Under the pieces are notes generated by a model. That model was not told the origin of the DNA and did not search any database. It saw nothing but the letters and a program-made list of their open reading frames with translations. From the NCBI GenBank assembly GCA_965215565.1, contig CBDCDZ010000004.1:512001-576000 (forward strand): DNA of 64,000 nucleotides. Direction: 5' to 3'. Positions 20,720-30,445 of the stretch are shown here, in pieces (position 1 is the stretch's first letter; the number at the start of each line of letters is the position of its first letter). A program made the position numbers and the translations under genes. Source of the stretch: Trueperaceae bacterium (GTDB taxonomy: Bacteria; Deinococcota; Deinococci; Deinococcales; Trueperaceae).

Positions 20720-21706
20720 GTGAAAAAACTCATTGCATTAGCCATTCTTGCCCTCGCTTGCGCTTCCTTTGCGCAGGATACCAGCGTGCGCATCGACGGC
20801 TCCTCGACGGTCTACCCCATCTCCTTGGCAGTCGCCGAAGAGTTCCAGATCATCAACCCTGACGCGCAAGTGACCGTGGCGTTTTCGGGTACGGGGGGCG
20901 GCTTCGAGAAGTACTGTAACAATGAGACCGACGTCAACGACGCGAGCCGCACAGTGCGTGAGGAAGAACTCGCCGAGTGCGCCCAAGAGGTCATCGAACT
21001 GCCCGTTGCCTTCGACGCGCTGACTGTCGCGGTCAACAACGAGGCGGACTTCGTAGACTGTTTGACCACGGACGAACTCGCGACGATCTTCGAGCCGAAC
21101 TCGAGCATCACTAACTGGAGCGACGTCCGCTCGGAATTCCCGGAGGAGCCGCTCGAGTTCTTTATCCCCGGCACCGACTCGGGCACGTTCGACTACTTCA
21201 CTGAAGCGATCAATGGCGAGTCCGGCGCGAGCCGCACCGACGTGACGCCTTCTGAAGACGACAACGTCTTGCTGCGCGGCATCTCGGGCAGCCAATACGC
21301 GCTCGGCTACTTCGGCTACGCCTACTACATCGAGAACCAGGGCGCGGTCAAGGCGCTTTCTATTGACTCCGGCGACGGCTGCGTCGAGCCCAGCGCCGCG
21401 ACGGTCGAGGACGGCACCTATCAGCCGCTCGCCCGCCCCTTGTTTATCTACGTGAGCCCAACCTCGGCAGAGAACAAGCCTATCATCGGTGAGTTCGTGG
21501 ACTTCTACTTAGGCGAAGATGCGCGTCCCTTAATCGAGGACACAGGCTACGTGCTCCTCAGCGACGAGGCGTACAGCGCCGCGCAGGAACGCTTTGATAA
21601 CCGCGTTACAGGCAGCGCCTTTATCGACTTCGCGCCGGGTAGCTCGGTGGTGGACACCATCCGCGAAGGCATGAGCGGTAGTGGCAGCAGCACGGGCGGC
21701 AACTGA
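20720..21706 (+). CDS. pstS: Phosphate ABC transporter substrate-binding protein
   Basis: Signal peptide plus DGSSTVYP, SGTGGGF, DSGTFDYF and YQPLARPLFIY motifs. Confidence 0.95.
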   Translation: MKKLIALAILALACASFAQDTSVRIDGSSTVYPISLAVAEEFQIINPDAQVTVAFSGTGGGFEKYCNNETDVNDASRTVREEELAECAQEVIELPVAFDALTVAVNNEADFVDCLTTDELATIFEPNSSITNWSDVRSEFPEEPLEFFIPGTDSGTFDYFTEAINGESGASRTDVTPSEDDNVLLRGISGSQYALGYFGYAYYIENQGAVKALSIDSGDGCVEPSAATVEDGTYQPLARPLFIYVSPTSAENKPIIGEFVDFYLGEDARPLIEDTGYVLLSDEAYSAAQERFDNRVTGSAFIDFAPGSSVVDTIREGMSGSGSSTGGN

Positions 21707-21755
21707 GTCAAGCTGACACTGCGCTGACATAACACGAGAAAGAATTCGTTATTCT

Positions 21756-21784
21756 AGTCCTCAGGGGATGCTCTGAGGACTTTT
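21756..21784 (+). terminator. Stem-loop/terminator after pstS
   Basis: AGTCCTCAG/CTGAGGACT stem followed by T's. Confidence 0.65.
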
Positions 21785-21932
21785 CCTGTCGGTATCCATC
21801 ATACTTAGCTGAACTTCTAACGGTAATCTTGGTGTAGGTAGCGCTTCGCAGAGGTCGATCTACTCCGCACACCAATTACCACGCGCCCAGAAAAGCGCCC
21901 TCACTTATAAACTCATTCACAAAGGAGACTGT

Positions 21933-22871
21933 ATGGCGACAAGTCGAGCGGGCAAGGACGCGGCGAAAGCGGCGGGGCTCTCCAAGAGCGGCAACCGCAA
22001 CGCGAAGGAGACGGTTATAGCCGGGCTGCTCTTCGTCTGCGCCGCTATCTCAATCTTGACGACGCTGGCGGTGGTCTTCGCGCTCACCGAGGAGACGATC
22101 TCTTTTTTCCGTGAGGTCTCCGTCATCGAGTTCTTCACCAATGACCAGTGGACGCCGCTGTTTATGGAGAAAAATTACGGCATCGCCCCGCTCGTCGCGG
22201 GCACGCTGCTCGTCACGGGCATCGCGCTCATCATCGGTTTGCCCCTCGGTTTAGGGTCGGCTATCTACCTTTCAGAGTTCGCGGACGATAAGACGCGGCG
22301 CAGAATCACCCCTATTCTGGAGATTTTAGCGGGCATTCCTACAGTTGTCTTGGGTTACTTCGCGCTCCTTTTCGTCACGCCTATTTTGCGTAGCTTCATT
22401 CCGGGGGTGGACCTCTTTAACCCGCTCTCCGCCGGGTTGGTGATGGGCTTTATGATCTTGCCAACCGTCTCGTCTATCTCCTCTGATGCGATGCAGTCCG
22501 TGCCGCAGAGCCTGCGCGAAGGGGGCTACGGTTTGGGCGCGTCCAAATACGAAGTGGTTACCAAAATCGTCGTGCCCGCCGCGCTGTCGGGCATCGTGGC
22601 GTCCTTTATCCTGGCGATGGCAAGGGCGATTGGAGAGACGATGATCGTGACCCTAGCCGCCGGGCAGAAGCCGACGTTGACCTTTGACCCGCGCGACACC
22701 ATCGCGACGATGACCGCTTACATCGTGCAAGCGGGCACGGGCGACGCGCCTGCGGGCTCGCTGGCGGCCCGCTCGCTCTACGCGGTCGCCGCGACGCTCT
22801 TCGTCATGACCTTAGGACTCAACCTCATCGCGCAGCAAGTGGTGAGCCGCTTTCAGGAGCAGTACGAATAA
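21933..22871 (+). CDS. pstC: Phosphate ABC transporter permease PstC
   Basis: LEILAGIPTVVLG and RAIGETMIV motifs, in operon position. Confidence 0.95.
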   Translation: MATSRAGKDAAKAAGLSKSGNRNAKETVIAGLLFVCAAISILTTLAVVFALTEETISFFREVSVIEFFTNDQWTPLFMEKNYGIAPLVAGTLLVTGIALIIGLPLGLGSAIYLSEFADDKTRRRITPILEILAGIPTVVLGYFALLFVTPILRSFIPGVDLFNPLSAGLVMGFMILPTVSSISSDAMQSVPQSLREGGYGLGASKYEVVTKIVVPAALSGIVASFILAMARAIGETMIVTLAAGQKPTLTFDPRDTIATMTAYIVQAGTGDAPAGSLAARSLYAVAATLFVMTLGLNLIAQQVVSRFQEQYE

Positions 22872-24157
22872 TGGACACGCCCGCCAACAAACAAGCGCAG
22901 TCCGCCCCACCTCAGAAGAACAACAAGAGCCTCCTCAGTGACGAGGAAAAAAAGCGCTTAGCCGCCCGCAAACGCGCGGGGAAAATTTTCCAAGTCGTCA
23001 CCTTTATTCCGATAGTCCTAGCCATTGCGCTTATCGCCATACTCTTTTTCGATGTGATTAGAGATTCCATCTCGTGGCAGGTCATGGAGCCCGCGAATAG
23101 CGGCGAGACCTACGCCTGGAGCGTCGCCCCGTTTGGACAAGACGAGCCCATTTTGCGTCGCGAGTTCGCCGCACAGGGGGACAGCCCCGAAGAGGTCGAC
23201 AGGATTCTCAATGACGCCGAAGAGAAGCGCCTCTTCTACGCCCGCAACCGCATCGAGCTGATGTGGTACACCCAGGACGGTCCCTTCCGCTGGGTAGTCA
23301 CGAGTTCGCGTGACGACAACGTGCGCGCCGAAGACCGCAGCGTCTTGCAGTATGGACCCTTCGAGGGCTGGGCGCGGTTGGATGAGTTGAGGTCAGGGCT
23401 CGAGGAGGGGCAAAACCTCTACCTGAACCCCTGGCTCGACGTTTCATTTTTCAACAAGAACTCCTCGCGCAGCCCCATCGTCGCGGGTATTCGCACCGCG
23501 ATTTTGGGCAGCCTCTGGGTTATCGCCTTCGTCATGCTCTTCTCGATTCCGGTAGGTATTGGCGCAGCCGTTTACTTGGAGGAGTACGCGCCGGACAATA
23601 TGTTTACGCGCTTTATCGAGATCAATATTCGTAACTTGGCGGGCGTGCCGAGTATCGTCTACGGGATTTTAGGGCTTTACTTCTTCGTGCGGCTCGCGGG
23701 GCTCGGTCCGGTCATTCTATCCGCCGCCATCACGCTCTCGCTCCTCATCTTGCCAGTGGTCATTATCGCGGCGCGCGAGGCGATTAAGTCCGTGCCCAGC
23801 TCGCTCCGCCAGGCGAGTTACGGCTTAGGCGCGACGAAGTGGCAGACCGTGAGCCGCGTGGTGGTGCCCAACTCGGTCGCGGGCATCACGACGGGCGTCA
23901 TCTTGGCGGTTGCTAGGGCGATCGGCGAAACCGCGCCGCTGCTCTTAGTTGGCGCGGCGGCGTTCGTGCCCTTCTTGCCTGACGGTCCGATGTCGCGCTA
24001 CACAGTCATGCCCATCCAAATCTACTCTTGGGTCGCGGAGAACGACGTCGAATTCATCCACGTCGCCTCGGCTGCCATCATCGTCCTGCTCACCGTGCTG
24101 CTGTTGCTCTACGCCTTAGCCTTTTACGTTCGCCGCCGCTTTGAGCGGAAGTGGTAG
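22871..24157 (+). CDS. pstA: Phosphate ABC transporter permease PstA with large insertion after TM1
   Basis: YLEEYA, NLAGVPSIVYG and RAIGETAPLL motifs. At 428 aa it is longer than usual. Confidence 0.93.
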   Translation: MDTPANKQAQSAPPQKNNKSLLSDEEKKRLAARKRAGKIFQVVTFIPIVLAIALIAILFFDVIRDSISWQVMEPANSGETYAWSVAPFGQDEPILRREFAAQGDSPEEVDRILNDAEEKRLFYARNRIELMWYTQDGPFRWVVTSSRDDNVRAEDRSVLQYGPFEGWARLDELRSGLEEGQNLYLNPWLDVSFFNKNSSRSPIVAGIRTAILGSLWVIAFVMLFSIPVGIGAAVYLEEYAPDNMFTRFIEINIRNLAGVPSIVYGILGLYFFVRLAGLGPVILSAAITLSLLILPVVIIAAREAIKSVPSSLRQASYGLGATKWQTVSRVVVPNSVAGITTGVILAVARAIGETAPLLLVGAAAFVPFLPDGPMSRYTVMPIQIYSWVAENDVEFIHVASAAIIVLLTVLLLLYALAFYVRRRFERKW

Positions 24158-24159
24158 AA

Positions 24160-24260
24160 GCGGGTATCAAAGTCGGTCTCACTGACGTTCGGAACCAGTC
24201 ACAAACGCAATCAGTTTAGACAGCGCCGCTCGACATTGACGTTGAAATGGTGATACCTGC
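24160..24260 (+). repeat. Member of the GCAGGTATCA intergenic repeat family
   Basis: GCGGGTATCA...TGATACCTGC. The first ~42 nt align with the reverse complement of 2837-2877. Confidence 0.75.
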
Positions 24261-24304
24261 GTCGTTCAAACACAATTACTATAATTATTTCTGGAGCCCC
24301 CACT

Positions 24305-25114
24305 ATGCCCATGCCCGACATCGACAACAACCACGAAACCATCCACACCGACGTACCCGACGACAGCGAAGTCGCTGTCCATATCGAGGATTTCAAACTC
24401 TGGTACGACAAATTCCAGGCGCTCCACGGCGTTTCGGTCAAGTTCCCCAAAAACCAAGTCTCGGCTCTGATTGGCGCGTCGGGCTGCGGCAAGACGACGC
24501 TCTTGCGCTGCATCAACCGGATGAACGACCTCATCCCCATCGTCAAGACTGAGGGACGGGTCATCTATGAAGACGTCGACGTTTACGACAGCTCCGTCGA
24601 CCCGGTCGAAGTGCGCAGGCGCGTCGGGATGGTCTTTCAGAAACCGAACCCCTTTCCGAAAAGTATTTACGACAACGTTGCGTTCGGTCCTCGGCTAAAC
24701 GGTTATAGCGGCGATATGGACGAGCTGGTTGAGAAAAGCCTCAAGGGAGCCGCTGTGTGGGACGAGGTTAAGGACAAGCTAGGGCAGTCGGGGCTCAGCC
24801 TTTCAGGTGGGCAGCAGCAGCGCCTCTGCATCGCCCGCGCGATGGCGACCGAGCCCGACGTTATCCTGATGGACGAGCCGACCTCGGCCTTAGACCCCGT
24901 CGCGACGGACCGCATCGAAGAGTTGATTCACGAGATCAAGAAAGACTATACGGTCATTATTGTGACGCATAACATGCAGCAAGCGGGGCGCGTGGCGGAC
25001 CGCACGGCGTTTATGCACTTAGGTGTGATGGTGGAAGAAGGGCCCACCGATCAGATTTTTACGAACCCTAAGCATGAGATGACCGAAAGGTATGTGGAGG
25101 GGCGGTTCGGGTAA
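24305..25114 (+). CDS. pstB: Phosphate ABC transporter ATP-binding protein
   Basis: [29 protein letters not shown] and YVEGRFG motifs. Confidence 0.96.
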   Translation: MPMPDIDNNHETIHTDVPDDSEVAVHIEDFKLWYDKFQALHGVSVKFPKNQVSALIGASGCGKTTLLRCINRMNDLIPIVKTEGRVIYEDVDVYDSSVDPVEVRRRVGMVFQKPNPFPKSIYDNVAFGPRLNGYSGDMDELVEKSLKGAAVWDEVKDKLGQSGLSLSGGQQQRLCIARAMATEPDVILMDEPTSALDPVATDRIEELIHEIKKDYTVIIVTHNMQQAGRVADRTAFMHLGVMVEEGPTDQIFTNPKHEMTERYVEGRFG

Positions 25115-25126
25115 GCAAACCCGCCC

Positions 25127-27049
25127 CTACTCAACTTTGACCTTTTTCATCGGGGCGAGCGTACACTCCTTAGCTAAGAACCGCTCTGCCCCATCTTTGT
25201 CCAGCGGTTTTGAGAAGAGATAGCCCTGCACGAAGTCGCACTGCAAGCGCTTGAGCTGCTCGAGCTGCGCGGGCGTTTCAACTCCTTCCGCCACCACGTG
25301 CATCCCCAAGGTGCGAGCCATCGAGAGGATGGTGCTCACGAGTTCCGCGCCCGCTCTGCCGTCCATCTTTTCGATGAAGGAGCGGTCGATTTTAAGGGTG
25401 TCGGTGGGCAACTCTTGCAGGTAGGATAAGGACGAGTAGCCCGTGCCGAAGTCGTCGATGTGGAGCTTGACGCCTAGCTCGCGGAGCCCGTTCAGGACAG
25501 CTTGCGCGGCGGGACTGCGGCTCATCATGATGCCCTCGGTGATCTCCAACTTGAGGTGCTCGGCCTGGAGCCCCGTCTCCTCTAAAACTGACCCGACAAG
25601 GGGCACGAGGTCGGTGCGTGTGAACTGCTGCGAGGAGAGGTTGACGCTAAGTGTCAGCGGGGGCTGCGCCGGGTAGCGAGCTTGCCACGCGGTCACTTGC
25701 GTGCAGGCTTCGCGCATGACCCAGCGGTCGATGGCGATGATAAGGTCGGACTCCTCGGCGACGGGCACGAACTCGGAGGGCGCGATGAGGCCGTATTGGG
25801 GATGATGCCAACGCACCAGGGCTTCAAAGCCGATGAGCGCGTCACTCTGCGCGGAGAGGATCGGCTGATAGTTGATCTGCAACTCGCGGCGCTCCACGGC
25901 GAAGCGCAAGTCGGACTCCAAGGTCATGAGCATCAGGGCCCGCTCGCGCATCTCGGTGTCGAAGAGGGCGTACCGCGCTTTGCCGAGCGACTTGGCGCGG
26001 TACATGGCGAGGTCGGCGTCGCGCAAGACCTCGCCGACGCTGCTATAGCCAATTTGACTCGAGACGATTCCGATGCTCGCCGACGTGTAGACCTCGTGCT
26101 CGCCGAGCTGAAAAGGCGTGAGCAGTTCGCGCTGGATGCGCTCGGCAATCTTCACGGCTTCGTCTATACCGCTTATATCCTCGAGCAAAAGGGTGAATTC
26201 GTCGCCACCTAATCTAGCGACGGTGTCCGCCGGACGCACCAAATTACAGAGGCTTTCAGCGATTCCTTTTAGGAGCGCGTCGCCCACCGTATGCCCAAGG
26301 CTGTCGTTGATAACCTTGAAGCGGTCGAAGTCCAGGAAGAGCACCGCAAATTCGTTGTCGGCGTCGCGCTTCTCGCGCTCTAGGGCGTGCGCTAAGCGGT
26401 CGCCAAAGAGCGCCCGGTTCGCTAGACCCGTCAAGCTGTCGTGAAAGGCGTCATAGAGAAGTTGCTCGTTGGCCTTGACAAGCTCAGCAGTGCGCTCCGC
26501 GACGCGCTGCTCGAGCTTGCGGTTCGCGTCCGCCAAGGCCTCGTTCGCTTGAGCAAGGGCCTCCTCCGCTTCGACACGCGCCGTGATGTCTTGCTGCACG
26601 CCGATGAAGTGCGTGAGTTCGCCCTCATCACTGTAAACGGGCGAGATGACCAACTCGTTCCAGAAGGGTACGCCGTCCTTACGGTAGTTTTTGAGAACGA
26701 CTTTGCAGCCTTCGCCGCAATGAAGCGCGTCGCGAATCACCTGCACAGCCTCCGGGTCAGTTTCCGGGCCTTGCAAGAAGCGGCAGCTTTGACCGAGCAC
26801 CTCGCTGGGCGTGTAACCCGTCATCACCGTAAAGGCGTCGTTGCAGTAGATTAAGGGGCGCTCGCTCTGGCTCGCGTCGGCAATCGTGACGCCGCTACTC
26901 GCCGCCGCCAACGCGCGTTCTTGGACGCGCATGATCTCGTCCGTCCAGCGGGCTCTCTCCGCCGGGTCACTTAGGTCCAGGTGGCAGTGCCAAAGGGACT
27001 CGAGCGCCGTACGCTCGTTATGGGTTAGTTGCGTTTTCTCTCCCGTCAT
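25127..27049 (-). CDS. LOV-GGDEF-EAL protein (putative blue-light-regulated c-di-GMP enzyme)
   Basis: GQSCRFLQG, NYRKDG..FWN and FIGVQ (LOV), then a coiled coil, RLGGDEF, GFEALVRW, DDFGTGYSS and AEGVE. Confidence 0.9.
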   Translation of the reverse strand: MTGEKTQLTHNERTALESLWHCHLDLSDPAERARWTDEIMRVQERALAAASSGVTIADASQSERPLIYCNDAFTVMTGYTPSEVLGQSCRFLQGPETDPEAVQVIRDALHCGEGCKVVLKNYRKDGVPFWNELVISPVYSDEGELTHFIGVQQDITARVEAEEALAQANEALADANRKLEQRVAERTAELVKANEQLLYDAFHDSLTGLANRALFGDRLAHALEREKRDADNEFAVLFLDFDRFKVINDSLGHTVGDALLKGIAESLCNLVRPADTVARLGGDEFTLLLEDISGIDEAVKIAERIQRELLTPFQLGEHEVYTSASIGIVSSQIGYSSVGEVLRDADLAMYRAKSLGKARYALFDTEMRERALMLMTLESDLRFAVERRELQINYQPILSAQSDALIGFEALVRWHHPQYGLIAPSEFVPVAEESDLIIAIDRWVMREACTQVTAWQARYPAQPPLTLSVNLSSQQFTRTDLVPLVGSVLEETGLQAEHLKLEITEGIMMSRSPAAQAVLNGLRELGVKLHIDDFGTGYSSLSYLQELPTDTLKIDRSFIEKMDGRAGAELVSTILSMARTLGMHVVAEGVETPAQLEQLKRLQCDFVQGYLFSKPLDKDGAERFLAKECTLAPMKKVKVE

Positions 27050-27127
27050 AGCTGCACTCTAAAAGAACCCCTATCACGAGATTCTTACAGGTGAACGTTC
27101 GCAATAGCTACATAACTAGATTTTTAG

Positions 27128-27156
27128 TTGACAACACGTTATCTCTCTGCTACGCT
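27128..27156 (+). promoter_or_regulatory. sigma70 promoter of leaderless arsR, with possible operator upstream
   Basis: TTGACA-N17-TACGCT-N6-GTG. The imperfect palindrome AACTAGATTTTTAGTT (27114-27129) overlaps the -35 box. Confidence 0.75.
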
Positions 27157-27162
27157 AGACCT

Positions 27163-27477
27163 GTGAAACACGATCAAGCTGCTGCTGCTTTAGACGCGCT
27201 CGGCAACCCGGTGCGCCTCCAGCTCTACCGCACCTTGGTTCGCGCCGGTTCACCGGGGCTCAACATCACCGAGTTGCAGAGTAGGGTAGGCGGCGTCCCC
27301 CGCTCGACTTTAGCGCATCATTTGCAAAAACTCCTTTTAGCAGGGCTCATCCAGCAAGAGAAGGACGGCGCGAGCGTCCTGAGCCGCGCTCACTACTCTG
27401 TAATGAACAAGCTTGTCCGCTACCTCACGGAAGAATGCTGCGTGGACCAGTGCCGCCCGGGAGAGGAGACCGCTTGA
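27163..27477 (+). CDS. arsR: ArsR/SmtB repressor with C-terminal Cys motif
   Basis: ALGNPVRLQLYRTLVRAG, STLAHHL and C-terminal YLTEECCVDQC. Confidence 0.82.
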   Translation: MKHDQAAAALDALGNPVRLQLYRTLVRAGSPGLNITELQSRVGGVPRSTLAHHLQKLLLAGLIQQEKDGASVLSRAHYSVMNKLVRYLTEECCVDQCRPGEETA

Positions 27478-27549
27478 CCTCTTAAACACTTCAGATTTAT
27501 TTTTTGACCACAAATAACGAATAAATTAGTGATTTAGTTAAGGAGAACG

Positions 27550-28104
27550 ATGAATACTCGAGACTTTCTCACCACCCTAGACCCTTACCAAGACCGCGCC
27601 CTCACCTTTGAGATAGGGGGTGAAATAGGGGGCGAGATAGAGGACGGGCGCATCCAACCCGGCTATCACGTCACCGAAGTCAAAGCGGTGAGCGTTCGCA
27701 GCGTGGACTGCGGCGGACAGGAGAGCGCTTGGGCTGAAACCGTCGTTCAACTCTGGACGCCTGAACGCTCAAACGAACACGCCATGAGCGTCGGCAAGTT
27801 CTTGAGCATTTACCGCCGCGCAGCGTCGCGTGTTCCTACCGAAGAGGATGCGGAGGTGAGGCTCGAGGTTGGCGAGCACGGCGCGCCCGCCGTCAGCTAC
27901 TTTGCCACAAACATCCGAGCCGAAGGTCAAGAGGTCGTCGTGAAGCTGGAGCCACCCTTCGTGGCGTGTAAAGCGTTGGGGACCCCAAGCCTCACGACGC
28001 TCGAGAACGCGGCGGATGACCTTCCCGTTATCCGTAGAGCCTCCGACTGCTGCACGCCCCCTTCAGCGCAAAAGTCAACGAAACAAGGCGCGTGCTGTGG
28101 CTAG
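27550..28104 (+). CDS. DUF6428 family protein (ars-associated, Cys-rich tail)
   Basis: GYHVTEVK...VDCGG...WAETVVQLW, ACKA, and tail DCC...GACCG. Confidence 0.8.
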   Translation: MNTRDFLTTLDPYQDRALTFEIGGEIGGEIEDGRIQPGYHVTEVKAVSVRSVDCGGQESAWAETVVQLWTPERSNEHAMSVGKFLSIYRRAASRVPTEEDAEVRLEVGEHGAPAVSYFATNIRAEGQEVVVKLEPPFVACKALGTPSLTTLENAADDLPVIRRASDCCTPPSAQKSTKQGACCG

Positions 28105-29197
28105 CTCCGCCACTCAAACTAAACCTATGCGCGTCGGTCTTTTCATGCAGCCCGTCCATCACCCCAGCGAGAACCCGACATTGGCCTTGGAGCGCGACTT
28201 GCAACTCACCGAACATCTGGACACGCTCGGCTACGACGAGGTGTGGATAGGCGAGCACCATTCGACGGGCTGGGAGACCATCGCCTCACCTGACGTGTTC
28301 ATCATGGCGGCGGCGGCGCGAACGCGCCACATAGAGCTGGGCAGCGGCGTCGTGCCGCTCTCCTTGCACCACCCCTTGCTCGTCGCGGACACCTACGCGC
28401 TGTTGGACCATCTGACGAGAGGGCGCGTGATGCTGGGCATGGGACCAGGCGGCGGCTTGCCGAGTGACCCTCACGTGTTCGGTTTGGATAAAGAGGGGCA
28501 GCACCGCCGCTACGTCGCCACTCTGGACGCGATTTACCAGCTTCTCACCTCCACCGAGCCGCTGAGCTTGGAGACCGAGTGGTTCACCTTGCGCGACGCC
28601 GTGCTGCAACTCAGACCTTACACACATCCGCACATGCCCCTGGCGCTCGTCACCGGCACGAACCGGGACACCTTAGCGCGCATCGGACGCTACGGCGCAC
28701 GCTGGTTTGTCGGGACGAGCTTGGATAACTTCGAGGAGGCTTGGGCAGTCGTTGAGCACAGTGCGCAAGAGATTGGACGCAAAGCAGACCGTTTCGACGC
28801 CTATCTCCCCGTGACGATGCACCTCTCTGAAACGCGCGAGCAGGCTATAGACGACATCCGGGCGGGCGCGGCGCAGGAGCGCTACGACTTCTCTACACCC
28901 GTTACGGGCTCTCCCCAACCTGACGTGCCGCGCGAGGCGTGGGCGGAGCACCTCGCCGAGAGACCGACGAGCCTCATCGGGACGCCCGACGACGCGCTAG
29001 CAAAGATTCGCGCGCTGCGGGAGAAAACAGGCGCGGGCGGGCTGCTCATCACGAGCAAAGAGTGGGCGTCGCGTGAGGCGAGTTGGAAAAGCTACGAGCG
29101 TTTCGCCCGCTACGTGATGTCCGAGTTGACAGGCTCGCTTGAGGGGCTGAAAAAAGCTGAAGCGGTGGCTAAGCGGTTAGTGGAGCAGGCGTCCTAG
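28097..29197 (+). CDS. LLM-class (luciferase-like) flavin-dependent monooxygenase
   Basis: LGYDEVWIGEHHS, AAARTRHIELGSGV and LDHLTRGRVMLGMG motifs. Start is GTG 28097 or ATG 28127. Confidence 0.9.
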   Translation: MASSATQTKPMRVGLFMQPVHHPSENPTLALERDLQLTEHLDTLGYDEVWIGEHHSTGWETIASPDVFIMAAAARTRHIELGSGVVPLSLHHPLLVADTYALLDHLTRGRVMLGMGPGGGLPSDPHVFGLDKEGQHRRYVATLDAIYQLLTSTEPLSLETEWFTLRDAVLQLRPYTHPHMPLALVTGTNRDTLARIGRYGARWFVGTSLDNFEEAWAVVEHSAQEIGRKADRFDAYLPVTMHLSETREQAIDDIRAGAAQERYDFSTPVTGSPQPDVPREAWAEHLAERPTSLIGTPDDALAKIRALREKTGAGGLLITSKEWASREASWKSYERFARYVMSELTGSLEGLKKAEAVAKRLVEQAS

Positions 29198-29201
29198 CGG
29201 C

Positions 29202-30407
29202 GTGGCGCACGGCTGGCGCACCGCTTGGGCTCTAGCCGTAACGCAGACGGTAGGCTACGGCGTCCTTTACTACACCTTTAGCGTCATGGTCGCGCCGATG
29301 GAGCGCGAGCTTGGCTGGTCGAGGAGCGAACTCTCAGGCGCGTTTTCGTTGGCGCTGCTCCTCTCCGGTCTCGTCGCGGTGCCGGTAGGTAGCTGGGTAG
29401 ACAAACATGGGGCGCGGGGGGTGATGACGTGGGGCTCGAGCCTCGGTGCGCTGCTCTTACTCGCCTGGTCGTTCGTCACGAACCTCACCGCGTTCTATCT
29501 CATTCAAGCGGGTATCGGGCTGGTGATGGCGGCAGTCCTCTACGAAGTGGCCTTTACAGTCATCGCGGTGTGGTTCCGGCGCGAACGCACCGCTAGGGCG
29601 CGGGCGATGCTCCTGGTCACGATGGTGGGAGGATTGGCGAGCACGATTTTCGTTCCGCTCGCCACCTTTTTGGTCGAGGTGATGACCTGGCGCGAGGCGC
29701 TTAGAGTACTCGCACTCGTCTTGGCAATCGTGACAGTCCCGCTTCACGCGCGCGTGCTGCGGCGTCCGCTAGTATTCAGCAACGCGGACTCGAGCACCTC
29801 GAGCGTACGCCGACGAGACATCAGCCCTACCGAAGCCCTGCGCGCCCCGACCTTCTGGTGGCTCACCTGCGCCTTCGCACTCGGCCGCGCTGCAACCGTC
29901 ACCATCGCCGCACACGGCGTTCCCCTTCTGACGGGTCGCGGCTATTCGCCCTCGCTCGTCGCGGCGGCGGTGGGGTTAGTCGGGCTCATGCAGGTCCTCG
30001 GGCGTTTTGTCTTCACACCGCTCATGGCGGTCGTTTCCCTCCGCACCTTGAGCGCTTTCACCTTCTGTCTTCACGCGCTGGCGCTCACCTCTTTGCTCGT
30101 GATCTCGAGCGCCTGGAGCATCTGGCTCTTCGCCGCCCTTTTCGGCGCGGCAAATGGCGCGAGCACCCTCGCTAGGGCTGCGCTCATCGCGGAGATTTAC
30201 GGGTCGGCGCATTACGGCAGCATCAGCGGCAGCATGGCGACGGTGATCGCCGCCGCGCAGACCGCCGCGCCTCTCTGCGCGGGCGTCCTTTTTGACCTCA
30301 CGGGAGACTATATGCTCGTCCTTTGGGGGCTCACGCTCAGCACGCTCCTTGCAGCGGTGGCAGTGATGCGGGTACGCGTCGTTGACGTGCTGGGCTACAC
30401 CAATTGA
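29202..30407 (+). CDS. MFS transporter, ArsK-like
   Basis: About 12 TM segments. N-terminal TQTVGYGVLYYTFSV...ELGWS and GGLASTIFVP resemble ArsK-type exporters, and it lies in an arsR operon. Confidence 0.75.
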   Translation: MAHGWRTAWALAVTQTVGYGVLYYTFSVMVAPMERELGWSRSELSGAFSLALLLSGLVAVPVGSWVDKHGARGVMTWGSSLGALLLLAWSFVTNLTAFYLIQAGIGLVMAAVLYEVAFTVIAVWFRRERTARARAMLLVTMVGGLASTIFVPLATFLVEVMTWREALRVLALVLAIVTVPLHARVLRRPLVFSNADSSTSSVRRRDISPTEALRAPTFWWLTCAFALGRAATVTIAAHGVPLLTGRGYSPSLVAAAVGLVGLMQVLGRFVFTPLMAVVSLRTLSAFTFCLHALALTSLLVISSAWSIWLFAALFGAANGASTLARAALIAEIYGSAHYGSISGSMATVIAAAQTAAPLCAGVLFDLTGDYMLVLWGLTLSTLLAAVAVMRVRVVDVLGYTN

Positions 30408-30445
30408 AGAGGTCAGGGAAGGGTGCACAACACTTTGCGCTCGTC

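Noticed and set aside
20580..21730. Pho boxes around pstS
   Set aside because: Only weak GTCA/TTCA repeats occur upstream, and a CTGACA pair lies downstream without a well-spaced promoter.
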